Shown here: one piece after another, positions 13,056 to 25,480 of the stretch
Layout: each line of letters begins with the position of its first letter
How positions within the stretch are numbered: position 1 is the stretch's first letter
DNA from: Octopus sinensis
Lineage: Eukaryota
Assembly: GCF_006345805.1 (NCBI RefSeq)
Contig: NW_021830457.1
Location: forward strand, 2,390-66,389
Length of the DNA stretch: 64,000 nt
Reading direction: 5' to 3'
Made by a program: the position numbers and the translations under genes
The notes under the pieces: generated by a model
The model's database searches: none
What the model saw: only the letters and a program-made list of their open reading frames with translations
What the model was told of the DNA's origin: nothing

Positions 13056-13521
13056 TTTTAAAGAATAAATGGTAGATTATGTACCTTTGATATCGAATGA
13101 TGTGAAGGATTATAGGATGGACATTGGTCTGTGAGGGTGAAAAGGTGGTTTTGGTGATGCAGTTACCACAGAGAATTACAAGCACTGAGCTTTGCGCTTA
13201 AAGATGAAATATTGTATAAAGACGAGAAGCTTTGAGAGCAGTCATGAGTAATCTGCGGCCCGCGTGACTTTCTGAATGGCACGCATAACGAAGAATTAAC
13301 TTTTTTAGTAATGGTGATAAACCATGTCTCTCATGGTTTCCGCTTCTCGAAATTAGCTGCCAATGCCTGCCTGTTTTAGATTGGCCTGTAACTCTCAACC
13401 ACTCTGTTTTCTTCTGTAGCATTGGAATAAACTTTTGTGAAACGAGTGTTGTGATACACAAACGGTCGAGATTGGGTGGTGATGGAGCGAGGCACGGTTT
13501 GATGATATCTAAAGAGTAAAG

Positions 13522-13804
13522 CAATGGTTCCCAAACTTTTTCAGGCTACCACCCGCTTGGCATTTAGTCCACACTCCAAGCGCCTCTGCCCTGCTCACCC
13601 CCATGAGCATAGACCACTTTCTGCAGCAAATTTAAAACAACTGTATATCGCAAATAAAACTTAACCTTGTTAACCCATCGTTTTTTTTTTACATCCATCG
13701 TCCCTTTTGGTCGCCCCATTATTATATCTCCTTTCTTCAACTCTACCCCACTGGATCTTTCCACTGCCCCCAAGAGGCTGTATCGCCCACTATGTCAACC
13801 ACTG
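13522..13804. mobile_element. hAT-type MITE
   Basis: Imperfect TIRs caatggttcccaaact / actatgtcaaccactg; related to 22292-23037. Confidence 0.6.
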
Positions 13805-13814
13805 GAGAAGGTCT

Positions 13815-14745
13815 GGTGCTGGAGCCGTAAGTGTTAGATATCTGAAGAGAAAAGAATGGTTGAAGAGCATTCTTATGGCTGGTCATAAAAAGAAATGGGA
13901 ATGATGGTGGAACCTTGAATATTGGATATACGAAGAATGCAGGGAGATTTTGGAGCCGTGGATTTCAGCTATTTCAAGAGTAATGAGTGGTATTGGATAT
14001 CGGCAGATTGATAAGCAATGGCAGTGGAACCGTGAAATGTTGGGGTATTAAATAAATGATAAACGGTTGTGGAACCATGGATTTCGGACAACGGAAGAAT
14101 AAAGTGTGATAATGGCGAAACCGTGAGTAATTGGATGTCAAAATAATGATATTGGAGCCGTGGAAGTTTCTATATCTAATAAGTATGAATAGCGGAGAAC
14201 TGTGGGTACTGGATAGGGAAATACAATGAGTGATGATGGAACAGAGGATGTTTGATGCTTAAAGAGTAATGAGTGATACTGGTGTCAGAGATATTTAAGG
14301 AATAAGAAGCGGCGGTGGTCCGTGAACATGAGATATCGACAGAATAAAGACTAGTAAACCATGGAAGTAAATAGCAAAAGAATAAAGATTGATATTGGAG
14401 TTGAAGATGTTGGCTAACTAAAGATTAAAGAATGACATTGTTACCGTGGATGCTGGATATTTAATGCATAAACACTGGTGATTTATCATAGATGTTACGC
14501 ATCATAATAATAAAGATTGATGGTGGAGCAGTAGATATTCGATATCTGAAGAGTAAAGAGTGATACTGAAGCTGTGTATGTTGATTATTTTAAGAGTAAT
14601 AAGCAGTGTTGGAGTTGTTGTTGAGTGAATATCTAGAGAATAAAGATTGTTGGAGGAGCCGTGGATACTGGAGAATGAAAATACGGTGCTAGAACCGCGC
14701 ATGGTTGGATATCTAAAGAATAAAGGTGTTAGCGTTTTGGATATC
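13815..14745. repeat. Highly degenerate minisatellite, unit about 43 bp (GGAGCCGTGGATGTTGGATATCTGAAGAATAAAGAGTGAT-like)
   Basis: Recurrent ggagcc/ggaacc..ggatat..aagaataa spacing; one unit also lies left of the hAT MITE at about 13475-13521. Confidence 0.7.
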
Positions 14746-14880
14746 AAAACAACACCCAGTCTTAATAGCAGCCAGGCCTGGACACCCGAACAAAACCCAG
14801 CCTTGGATACCCGATTCCGTGACAAATAAAACGAAAGAAAAAGACCGATGACATGGAAATGAACAGGATAAGAAAATTAT
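14745..14880 (+). repeat. Diverged duplicate of 12490-12640
   Basis: aacaacacccagtcttaatagcagccaggcctgga...aataaaacga.agaaa.agaccgatgacatg occurs at both places. Confidence 0.8.
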
Positions 14881-15157
14881 TTTTTAAAAATATTTTCAGG
14901 AATAAATAATAAATTATGGACCTTTTACATTTGATGATGAGGAAGATTATGGGATATCATGCATGATATTTGAAGAAGGAAAGTAGTGGTGGATTAATAA
15001 ATAATTGGAGAGAGACAGAATATTTGGGTGATGCTGTCTTGGATGTCTGTATCTAAGGGAAGATAATGGTAAATAGCAGTAATGGAACTGTTGATAGTTG
15101 GGTACCAAAATTGTAATAGAGGAAGAGACTTGAATGATCGAAACTTTTATCTTTTAC

Positions 15158-15406
15158 ATTATTTACATTATTTAAATTTGACAGATATTTGTCCTCATCT
15201 TGTTTGTTCTAAACATAACATTTCGGCTTATATACCCTCCAGCCTTCATCAGGTGTCTTGGGAAAATTTCGAAACTGGGTTCTGATTCCTAAAGTATTTT
15301 CAATGTTATTATTATTATTATTATTATTTATTATTCAGGTCACTACTTGGAATCGAACTCGGAATCTTGGGGTTAGTAGCCCGCGCTCTTAACCACTATG
15401 CTACAG
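15158..15406 (-). mobile_element. 249-bp tRNA-headed SINE containing a minimal hammerhead motif
   Basis: A box TAGCATAGTGG, B box GAGTTCGATTCC, (TAA)n linker, hammerhead, (AATAATGTA)n tail; perfect 16-bp TSD aacttttatcttttac at 15142-15157 and 15407-15422. Confidence 0.85.
15211..15256 (-). ncRNA. Minimal type I hammerhead ribozyme motif, partly decayed
   Basis: ACAC-CUGAUGA-A-GGCU(loop)AGCC-GAAA-UGU-U-AUGU; core intact, two transitions weaken helices I and III. Confidence 0.7.
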
Positions 15407-15622
15407 AACTTTTATCTTTTACTTGTTTCAGTCATTAGACTGCGGCTATACTGGGGCACCACCTTGAAGAATTTGAGTCGAAGGAATCGACCTCAGTAAT
15501 TACTTTTTTAAAAGACTCTTAGTTATTCTATCGGTTTTTTTGGTCGAACCGCTGGGTTATAGGAACATAAACAAACTAACACCAGTTGTCAAGCGGTAGT
15601 GGGTGACAAAAACACACACACA

Positions 15623-15676
<54 letters not shown>

Positions 15677-15805
15677 CACACAAGGCTTTGGTTGGCCAAA
15701 AGTACAGTAGAAGAAAATTGACCATGGTGCCACGCAGCGGGTCTCATCTCGGTACCGTTATATGGTTATGTAACAAACCTTCTACCACACAGCCTTACCT
15801 GAGCC
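15407..15805 (-). mobile_element. Family-A SINE whose tail received the hammerhead SINE
   Basis: Reverse complement of family-A tail (cttttacttgtttcagtcatt), central (CA)n and head. Confidence 0.8.
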
Positions 15806-16214
15806 AAACGTTAGATATCTAAATTTTTCTCTTCAACCACAACATACCATTCAAAGACAATATTTATGGACAACAGCTTCGGAAGCCATCAACTTGCCTA
15901 CCTACGTTATACAAAAACATTTGTACCAGTAATTATTGAGGGGTGCGGGTATAAAACTTTGAAAGAATCCGAAAAGCTATTTATTTTTTCAGAAAATTCG
16001 GATTACGTAATTCCATAACACAAGACCAGCGAGTATTTTCACACGTAACTCATTGATGTCTATATTCTTAGAATAGATGTATTCCTTCGTTAAATATAAA
16101 CCTATGCCTTATTCTAAGAATGAATACAAAGAATACGAAATAAAATCCAAATATACACCCATACGCATAAACATACACACACACATTACATTCAATAATA
16201 CATACATACATACA

Positions 16215-16247
<33 letters not shown>

Positions 16248-16251
16248 TATA

Positions 16252-16296
<45 letters not shown>

Positions 16297-17329
16297 TATA
16301 GATATATAATATTATATATATATATATATATATAGGCTCTACGTACGGATAAATACATTAATGTGTATACGTAGAGACACGAATTCACACTCACACACAC
16401 ATATACACACACGCAAACACCGACAATATACACACGTACACACACATACACACGTACGCACGTACGCATGCACACGCACGCACACATATATTCATACGCG
16501 AAGTATGAAAGCATTATTCCCAATATACTGACGGACTCTGAAATAATTTCCCTACAAAATAATCAGAATATTTCTCACAGATTTTACGTCTTCATTGCTT
16601 GGGTCTATTCATTCTCACCGTAAACAAATGAAACCTTGTAAAAGAGATCCACATTTTTTTCTCTCTCTCCCTGTTTTTTTGCACAAATGAATGACTTCGT
16701 GTAGGCAACAACGCCCCTGTAGTTCCAGCTGATACCCAAAGAATTCGTCGAAGACAAGTTCTCTGGGGTATCGCAGTGGTAAACCAAGCATAAGGTAAGA
16801 CTAGATTTCACAACAGAATCCTATTTTACATATTTTCCTGTTCGGAATTCCGATTTCTCCCTTCGGATTTCCTGTTCTTTAATATTATTTAAGCAAACAA
16901 TAGATATGAATAAGGATCTTATAAGGAATCAGTTGTAGGGGACTTCATAACCAGATATCTCTTTCTCTCTCTCGCTATATATATATGTATATATATATAT
17001 ATATGATTATATATATATATATATATATGATTATATATATAAATATAATTACACACACATACATATATACATACATATACGCATATGTGTGTGTGTATGA
17101 ATTTGTGTGTATGTGTATGTATATGTTTGATGTATGTAACGTGTTTATTTACGTATGTGGTTATAATCTCAATATCTGGATATCTAAGCAAATCTTCTAA
17201 GACCACAGAAAATGCATTATATTGTCTTATATGCGATTGTGCATGTGCATGCGCGCGCAAGTGCTCCTGTGTATTCATGCATATATACAATGTATATAAT
17301 ATATAACATATATATATATATACAAACAA

Positions 17330-17418
<89 letters not shown>

Positions 17419-18058
17419 ATATGTATGTATGTACGTATGTATGTATTCAAACATGCATAATCGGGTATATGTATTTATGAAAATATATATATTTATAAGG
17501 ATATTTCAATACATTTTATAATGTATGTATATAAATACATGTACCTCCACTCACACACACGTGCACAGACTTATTTATAAATACACATATAAATATCTAT
17601 CTACGTACCTACATCTATCAATGGATTCGTGCATCTATATCCGTATAAATGCATTATGCATCTATATATATATATATACTATATATATATATATATAGGG
17701 ATGTAAGTTAGGAAGATTGTGATTGAGTAGGTTGAAAATATTATGGATGCCACAATAAATATATATTTTGATATTTTGTTAAGGTTTCCCATCCGTTCAG
17801 GAAAAAAATATTTTTCCATGTATTTTATTTGCGGTGGGTACACAAAACCGCGAAGTCACCAGTGCTTGAGAAAAGAATTGTACACATACATATTACGTAA
17901 TACATATATATATGTATGTGTGCGTGTTTCTCCTGTATTCCATTTTTTCTCGTTTTTACGTATTTCATGTTATTTGCAACGTTGGTTGACAGCCTGCATG
18001 TTTTTACATACATACACATACATGCATGCATACATACATATAGACATTCGTACATACA

Positions 18059-18114
<56 letters not shown>

Positions 18115-18162
18115 ATATAATATATATATATATGCATGTATATTTATATATATTATATTATT

Positions 18163-18193
<31 letters not shown>

Positions 18194-18294
18194 CTGTTTA
18201 TTATATATACATATATATAACATATAACATGGTTTGTCCATAGCACTTACTCAGCTTTACCTTTGGGTCTTATTGACACCATTACCTCTCATAA

Positions 18295-18360
<66 letters not shown>

Positions 18361-18361
<1 letters not shown>

Positions 18362-18780
18362 GGCGCAGGAGTGGCAACGGGTTAAGTACCTTGCTTCCCA
18401 ACCACATGGTTCTGGGTTCAGTCCCATTGCGTGGCACCTTGGGCAAGTGTCTTCTACTATAGCCTCGGGTCGACCAAAGCCTTGTGAGTAGATTTGGTGG
18501 ACGGAAACTGAAAGAAACCCATTATGTATATATGTGTGTGTATGTGTAATTTTGTGTGTATGTGTATGTTTGTGTGTCTGTGTTTGTCCTTCCAACATTG
18601 CTTGACAACCGATGCTGGTGTGTTTACGTCCCCGTAACGTAGCAGTTCGGTAAAAGAAACCTATAGAATAAGTACTAGGCTTATAAAGAATAAGTACTGG
18701 GGTTGATTTGCTTGACTAAAGGTGGTGCTCCAGCATGGCTGTAGTCAAATGAATGAAACATGTAAAAGAAGAAAAGAATA
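18361..18780 (+). mobile_element. Full-length family-A tRNA-SINE
   Basis: aggcgcaggagtggc head, B-box-like gggttcagtccc, ggcaccttgggcaagtgtc (CORE/Meta-like start), central (TA/TG)n, gaaaagaa tail. Confidence 0.9.
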
Positions 18781-19231
18781 TATATGTATATATATATATA
18801 TAACGTAAAGGTAGCACAATGATATAATCCAGATTTGGCTAACCACATCGAATTACACCATACCTCATTTGATAGGTTAATCCTAATTTTGCTTCATTCG
18901 ATTTCATCACAGCAAAGACACCAATAAGGAAGAGTGGAGAATTATACATCGTCGAAATATATTTATTGCAGTATTATTGCCATGAAATACACATTAAATT
19001 TAATGAGAAGAATATTGTAATAAACGAATTTTGAAGATGTCTAAATTCTCCATTCTTCTTTATGGTACACACACACACACACACACACACACAATGTACC
19101 CACTCGTATACACTCACACACACACATACATGGACACATACACACACGACTTATTGCAATACACACCGCGGTCTGTCGTAGCAGGTGAACCGTCTAAGAA
19201 TTCAAAGGTCAGGAAAAATAAAATGTACACG

Positions 19232-19271
<40 letters not shown>

Positions 19272-19295
19272 CACACACACAACACACACACACAC

Positions 19296-19329
<34 letters not shown>

Positions 19330-19451
19330 CATAAATACACACACACATGCACACACTCACACACAACACACACACACACACACACACATTTATATATGGG
19401 CATTAACATTTATTTTTGCCACGATAAATATATTATTACATATATGGCTTT

Positions 19452-19600
19452 GAGCTGGCAGAATCGTGAGCCTGGCGGGCAGAACGGCGTAGCGGCATTT
19501 CGTTCGTCTTTCCGTTCTGAGTTCAAATTCCGCCGAGGTCGACTTTACCCTTCTTTCTTTCGGAGACGATAAAAAAGTACTAGTTGAACTCTGGGTGGGG
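19452..19600 (+). mobile_element. Family-B SINE, 3' truncated
   Basis: gagctggcagaatcg...gttctgagttcaaattccgccgaggtcgacttt. Confidence 0.8.
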
Positions 19601-19704
19601 GAAAGTATCACCTGCAATGGTTACGCTCATTTTAAATGACTTTTCACTTCATGCCTATATAAAATATGGTTCAAAAGTCGATTAAGATTGTTCATCATTT
19701 TTTT

Positions 19705-19897
19705 AGGCGTAGGAGTGGCTGTGTGGTAAGTAGACGCAGGAGTGTCTGTGTGGTAAGTACCTTACTTACGAACCACATGGTTCCGGGTTCAGTCCCACTG
19801 CGTGGCACCTTGGGCAAGTGTCTTTTACTATAGCCTGGGGCTAACCAAAGCCTTGTGAGTGAATATGGTAGACGGAAACTGAAAGAAGCCCGTCGTA

Positions 19898-19955
<58 letters not shown>

Positions 19956-20201
19956 CTCTGTGTGTGTGGTGTGTGTGTGTGTGTGTTTGTGTGTCTGTGT
20001 TTGTTCCCCCACCCAACATCGCTTGACAAACGATGCTGATGTGTTTACGTTCCCGTAACTTAGCGGTTCGGCCAAAGACATCGATAGAATAAGTATTAGG
20101 CTTCCAAAGAATAAGTCCTGGGATCGATTTGCTCGACTAAAGGAGGTGCTCCAGCATGGCCACAATCAAATGACTGAAACAAGTAAAAGAGTAAAAGAGA
20201 G
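19705..20201 (+). mobile_element. Family-A SINE with internally duplicated head
   Basis: aggcgtaggagtggctgtgtggtaagta then gacgcaggagtgtctgtgtggtaagta, followed by the full body. Confidence 0.9.
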
Positions 20202-21181
20202 TTAAGTTTCGAGTTAAGTCCATTCTGAAGAACAAGAAAATATACAAAAAAAAACCAAATACCAACAACGATGTAGATGAGTTCGCGGCGCTTATTGAAA
20301 CTCGGCTGTGCTGATAACAAATCGACCGTGATAACCGTTACACCAGGGGGTCCACCTGATCGCTGCTATCGTACTTAGCTCTCGTAAACAATCCGTTGGA
20401 TCAGCTTCTGCTGTTTAGCTCTGCTTGTATTACATAAACTTCGTTCGTATTTTTGACAGTTTCTGAACCCCCGGCGGAGAGTTCGTCTGGTTGTTGTCAA
20501 CACAGACTACTCTCACACCAGGTACTTCCAGGCTGTCTTCTAGTACGATCCCAGGATATTGAACGTAATATAAACCGTTGAGATTTTTAAGTAGATTCGC
20601 AAGCACACCAGAGGATGGGAAAATGTGGAAAGGATCGCCTATGAGAATTCAATCATGTGTGTTTGTGAGAGAGGGAGAGAAAGAAAGGGGGTATGTGTGA
20701 ATAGGCCAGTGTGAAAGAGAAAGAAAGAGAGATGGAGAGATTGAGAGAGAGAGGAGAAAGAAGGAGAGAGTGTGTGTGTGTGAGAGAGAGAGAGTGTGTG
20801 TGTGTGTGTACACACATGTACGTTATATGATAATGCGGGTGTTTGTTTATGAGCACGTAATTATAACTATATTGAAAAGAGAAACAAATTTATCTTCTAT
20901 CTTGTTTATATATATATAAGTATTTACGGTTGTTTATGTACTTTTTCATACAGACGTACCACCCACACAACTTTTATTTCATTCCTATAGATTTGTATAC
21001 ACAACACAAGCAACATACGTGCACATACTCACGCATATATATATATATAAAGTTAATCCAAACAAGAAAACACAAAAAAAAAACAAAAAAAAAACAAAAC
21101 AAAACAAAAAAACACATCAACGCGAGGACGTGGAACAAATAAAGTATTATTGGACGCTCAAGAAAGAAGGGAAGAAGGAGG

Positions 21182-21216
21182 GTTTAACGTTTCGAGCGGA
21201 GCTCTTCGTCGGAAAC
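21182..21216 (-). ncRNA. Minimal type I hammerhead-like motif with U4C core change, in a Penelope-like fragment (about 21110-21250)
   Basis: GUUU-CcGACGA-A-GAGC(UCC)GCUC-GAAAC-GU-U-AAAC; all three helices form. Confidence 0.65.
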
Positions 21217-21270
21217 ATAGGAGAAGGAAAGATCCAGAGAAGGGAAGATATATATATAATTAGAACCTGA

Positions 21271-21593
21271 AGGCGCATGACTCAGTGGTTAGACCACTGG
21301 GCTCACAATCACGAGGCAGTGTTGGGCCGTGTGTTGTGTTCTTGAGCAAGACACTTTATTTCACGTTGCTCTAGTTCACTCAGCTGTAGAAACGAGTTGA
21401 GATGTCTCAGGTGCCAAAATGTATCGGCCCCTTTTCCAGTCTCTTGGATAACATTAGTTGCGTGGAGAGCGGTGGCTGGTGTGCATGGGCAACTGCGAGT
21501 CTTCTTTGGAAAACAACTTTGTCCGGACTTCTGCCTCGAAGGGGAACTTTCTAGGTGAAATCCCATGGTCATTCATATGACTGAAGGGGTTCT
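21271..21593 (+). mobile_element. Family-C tRNA-SINE (Meta/V-like central domain)
   Basis: ggcgcatgactcagtggttag head, then gtgttcttgagcaagacactttatttcacgttgctctagttcactcagctg. Confidence 0.75.
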
Positions 21594-22291
21594 TCAATTT
21601 ATATACATATATACTATACATATATATATATGTATACACAAACACACACACACATATACACACGCACATATATATCTGCGTGTGTGTGTGCGTGTGTGCT
21701 TGCGTATGTGTGTATGTGTGTAGTTGTGTATTTATCAACCTTTTCTCTGAATATTTGTCTATATTTATGTATATATATTCATAAATGTGTGCGTTAGCCA
21801 TATGTTTATATGTATATATATATATATATGCTTCTACCACAGGTATTTATGTATGTACATATGCATCTATCAGTCGTATGTATAGTATTTATCTGTATAG
21901 CCACTGCGATAACCTGGTTAAATATCTCTATGAAGATAATCGTATTTCTTCAATCCTTATCGTTTATTTACCCTAACTTACATCTTCTGTTGTGATTTCG
22001 TGTTGTTTCATAGAAACAGATTTTGTTTTAACCCCGGGTCGGTCCTGATTGCACACACCTATAATAAAAATCTCTCTAGCCTTGACCAGCTAGTCTTTTA
22101 GTTTTCGTTTTTGATTGTTATTTTCCTCAAAACAAATATCTAGAAATACATCCACCAACGTATTTTATTGTCGAAGATACCAAAAGTGAAATTTGAGGAA
22201 GATCCAGCTGTTCTATTTAACAAGTTGATTGACCACGCACAGGCTTTCTCGTTAACCCGTTAATTTGCTTGGTTTAGTGCTTAGCATATTC

Positions 22292-22590
22292 CAGAGGTTC
22301 TGAAACTTTTTGGTCCACCGCCCCCCCCCCCTCATGACCACATAATATCCTCAGTGCCCCCATCCCTATTTTTATGTATAACTCTTTTTGTTCTTGTTTC
22401 ATTCATTTGACTGCGGCCATGCTGGAGCACCACTTTTGTCGAGCAAATCGACCCCAGGACTTATTCATTGTAAGCCTAGTACTTATTCTATCGGTCTCTT
22501 TTGCCGAATCGCTAAGTTACGGGGACGTAAGCACACCAGCATCGGTCATCAAGCGATGTTCGGGGGACAAACACAGACACACAAACATAT

Positions 22591-22631
<41 letters not shown>

Positions 22632-23037
22632 CGACGAGCTTCTTCCAGTTTCCGTCTACCAAATTCACTCACAAGGCTTTGGTCGGCTCGAGGCTATAGT
22701 AGAAGACATTTGCCCAAGATGCCACGCAGTGGGACTGAACCCAGAACCATGTGGTAGGTAAACAAGCTACTTACCACACAGCCACACCTGCGCCTATAAT
22801 AAATATTTTATATTTTACTAATTTATATATATAATATGAATCATTTGATATTTAATATAAAATTTGTATAGAATATTATAATACATTTTTAGAGTCCCCC
22901 AATCCACTACAGCCTTCCTCCAAACGCCTCCTTTTTCTCTACCAATCTCAACCACCCCCTTAGGCGCCAGCGCCCACCTGAACCGTCTCAACGCTCACTG
23001 GAGGAGGGGGCGATAGCGCCCACTTTGAGAACCTATG
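22292..23037. mobile_element. hAT-type MITE carrying a nested SINE
   Basis: TIRs cagaggttctgaaact / cactttgagaacctatg; decayed 8-bp TSD gcatattc / gtgcattc. Confidence 0.65.
22385..22795 (-). mobile_element. Full-length family-A SINE
   Basis: Reverse complement of the 18361 and 34810 copies. Confidence 0.9.
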
Positions 23038-23340
23038 GTGCATTCGGATGACGGTCGTAGGTTTGTGAGTTCGATTCCAGGTAGTTCGTTTTGTCCTTAA
23101 ACAAAACACTTTACTTCTTGTTGTTGCAGTTCACTTGGGCTGCTAAAACTTTGGTTGGACTTGTAATTCAATGGGTCGACCTTGTCACATTCTGTGTCAC
23201 GCTGAATCAGCATGAGAACTACATTAAGGACACATGTGTCTGAGGAGTGCTCAACCGCTTACACGTTAATTTCAGAACCAGGCTGTTCCGCTGATCGAAT
23301 CAACCGGAACCCTCGTCATCGTAACCGACGGAGCGCCAAG
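23038..23340 (+). mobile_element. Family-D tRNA-SINE
   Basis: gagttcgattcc B box; tail ccctcgtcatcgtaaccgacggagcgcc shared with 30764 and 52479. Confidence 0.75.
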
Positions 23341-23823
23341 CAGAATGTGTATGCGCAAGCAGTTAGTCCGGTAAGTATATAGTGTTAGATTGGTAGCTGC
23401 CGTCTACTTCGCAATAGCATCGCACCATTCTTATTCTGTTCTTATTGTATTTTCTATTTTCGCAAATAAAAAGAAACTTTTGCATTCCTGAATCAGTTAA
23501 CCTAAATAGGTGAGAGAACCAATGCGTTTTACATTGTTTTTTGCTATTTCAGGACATATGCATCCGTACAAACATCAAGAGAAGACGGAGTGCGTGTCGG
23601 AGAGAGAGCGTGAATGAGGGAATGCGAAGGAAAGAAAGAGGGGAGAAGTGAGAAAGTGAGAAAGAGAGAGAGTAGAGCGGTTCCCTCCAAGTTACAATGG
23701 TTTAATATATTATACTATGAAGAGATATCTCTTCAATAAATATATTACAAATATCAAATATTATTAAGAAAGAAAATGGGGAGATATAAGGGTTAAAATT
23801 AATTCATTAATTAATTAACATTG

Positions 23824-24191
23824 CCTTCAATTGTTTCAATTCACACTAATTGAAGATGTTAAGAGGAATATTACCTTTTATTGTGGAGGAGCAGTGGCCC
23901 AATGTTTAGGGCAGTGGACTCGCGGTCGGAGGATCGCAGTTTCGATTCCCAGACCGGGCGTTGTGTGTATTTATTGAGCGAAAACACCTAAAAGCTCCAC
24001 GAGGCTCCGGCAGGGGTGGTGGTGACCACTGTTGTATTCTTTCGCCACAACTTTCTCTCACTCTCTCTTCATGTTTCCTGAGTAACGCTGCGATGGACTG
24101 GCGTCCTGTCCAGCTGGAGTGAATACATATGCCACAGAAACCGGGAAACTGGGCCCATGAGCCTTGCTAGGCTTGAAAAGGGCGATGTTTA
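23824..24191 (+). mobile_element. Family-E tRNA-SINE
   Basis: gcagtggcccaatgtttag A box, gtttcgattccc B box, gcgatggactggcgtcctgtccag (V-SINE-like motif by recall). Confidence 0.75.
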
Positions 24192-24684
24192 CGTTATAAC
24201 CTTTTATTATTATTTTTTACTATTTTTACTTATCATAGTCTGAATAGTTTTTATTATTTTTATTTTTATCAATTCTTATCACTTTTTAGTGATATTTATT
24301 ATTTACTTTTACTTATTTTTATCTTTATTTTTATTTTTATATATGCATATTACAAATTTTCATACTTTTATATATTTTATTTTATCATATTTTAAGAAAG
24401 ATATAGACGTGCGCGAGCACACACACACACACACACACACAGACGCGCGCGCGAACATACACACGAATAACCAAACATGCTCTCATCTACTTAGTCTGTT
24501 AAAATATCTCAACTGGTCAACATGTAACATCCTTAATGTCCCTTCGCCCTGATGATATTCCACTCAAAATCTTCAATTAAGTGTGATTTGAGACAATTGT
24601 AGGCAGACTTTTAATAAATTAATTTTATCCATTAAATCTCTCCATTTTCTTATTTAATAATAAATAATATTATATATATATAAA

Positions 24685-25432
24685 CTAGCAGTATAACCCG
24701 GCCTTGCTCGGGATTAAGCTACGATTATTAAGCTAATCAAGTTCTTTATTTCAAACCAAACTAAGTAATATAAACGTCAAATTTGGGCGAAATGAGTTGA
24801 AATTAGTTATATTATATATATGTATTATACGTATAATATATATATTATATATATATATATATATAATATAATATAAATATATATGGGCAACAGACACGAA
24901 CACACATACACACACATACAGTATGTACGTACACCTATTGCATGTTTTGTGCACGCATACATGTTCATAAACAGAAATGAATGGAAAAAATGTTGTTAAA
25001 TTTGTAGATTAACGCTCGCACAATTTTAACTAAGAAAGAAATCGGTTTTTTTGCGTGGAATCAACTACTCTGGCCTCAAAATCCTTTTTGCGGTCCGTGA
25101 AAGGGAGTGGGGGTGGTGGAAGCCTCGCAAATTGTACCCATTTATATTGTGTAATTCACTGACAAATTATTACTCACTTCTTTGTTTCTTTGTTGTTAAA
25201 TATATGGGTTGTCAACAAAACACTTTTCCACTCGGTGTAAAATAAAAATAAAACTCTTTCGCACCCAAAGTAATGTGTGTGAGAGAGAGGGGGGGAGAAA
25301 GGTGAACGATTTAAAATAAATATATTGTAATTGTGTGAGAAAGTATATATACTATGATTTTAAAATATAGGGTGCCTTTCAAAAACAAAAAACAAAACAT
25401 TTTACATTTTATTTCTTATGAACGTAGTCACT

Positions 25433-25480
<48 letters not shown>

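Noticed and set aside
15336-15404. tRNA gene
   Set aside because: A and B boxes are present but the acceptor and anticodon stems do not pair; it is a SINE head inside a TSD-bounded insertion. The same applies to the other tRNA-like heads.
16700-16800. Possible exon ending in AAG^GTAAGA
   Set aside because: All plus-strand frames hit stops and there is no partner exon or homology.
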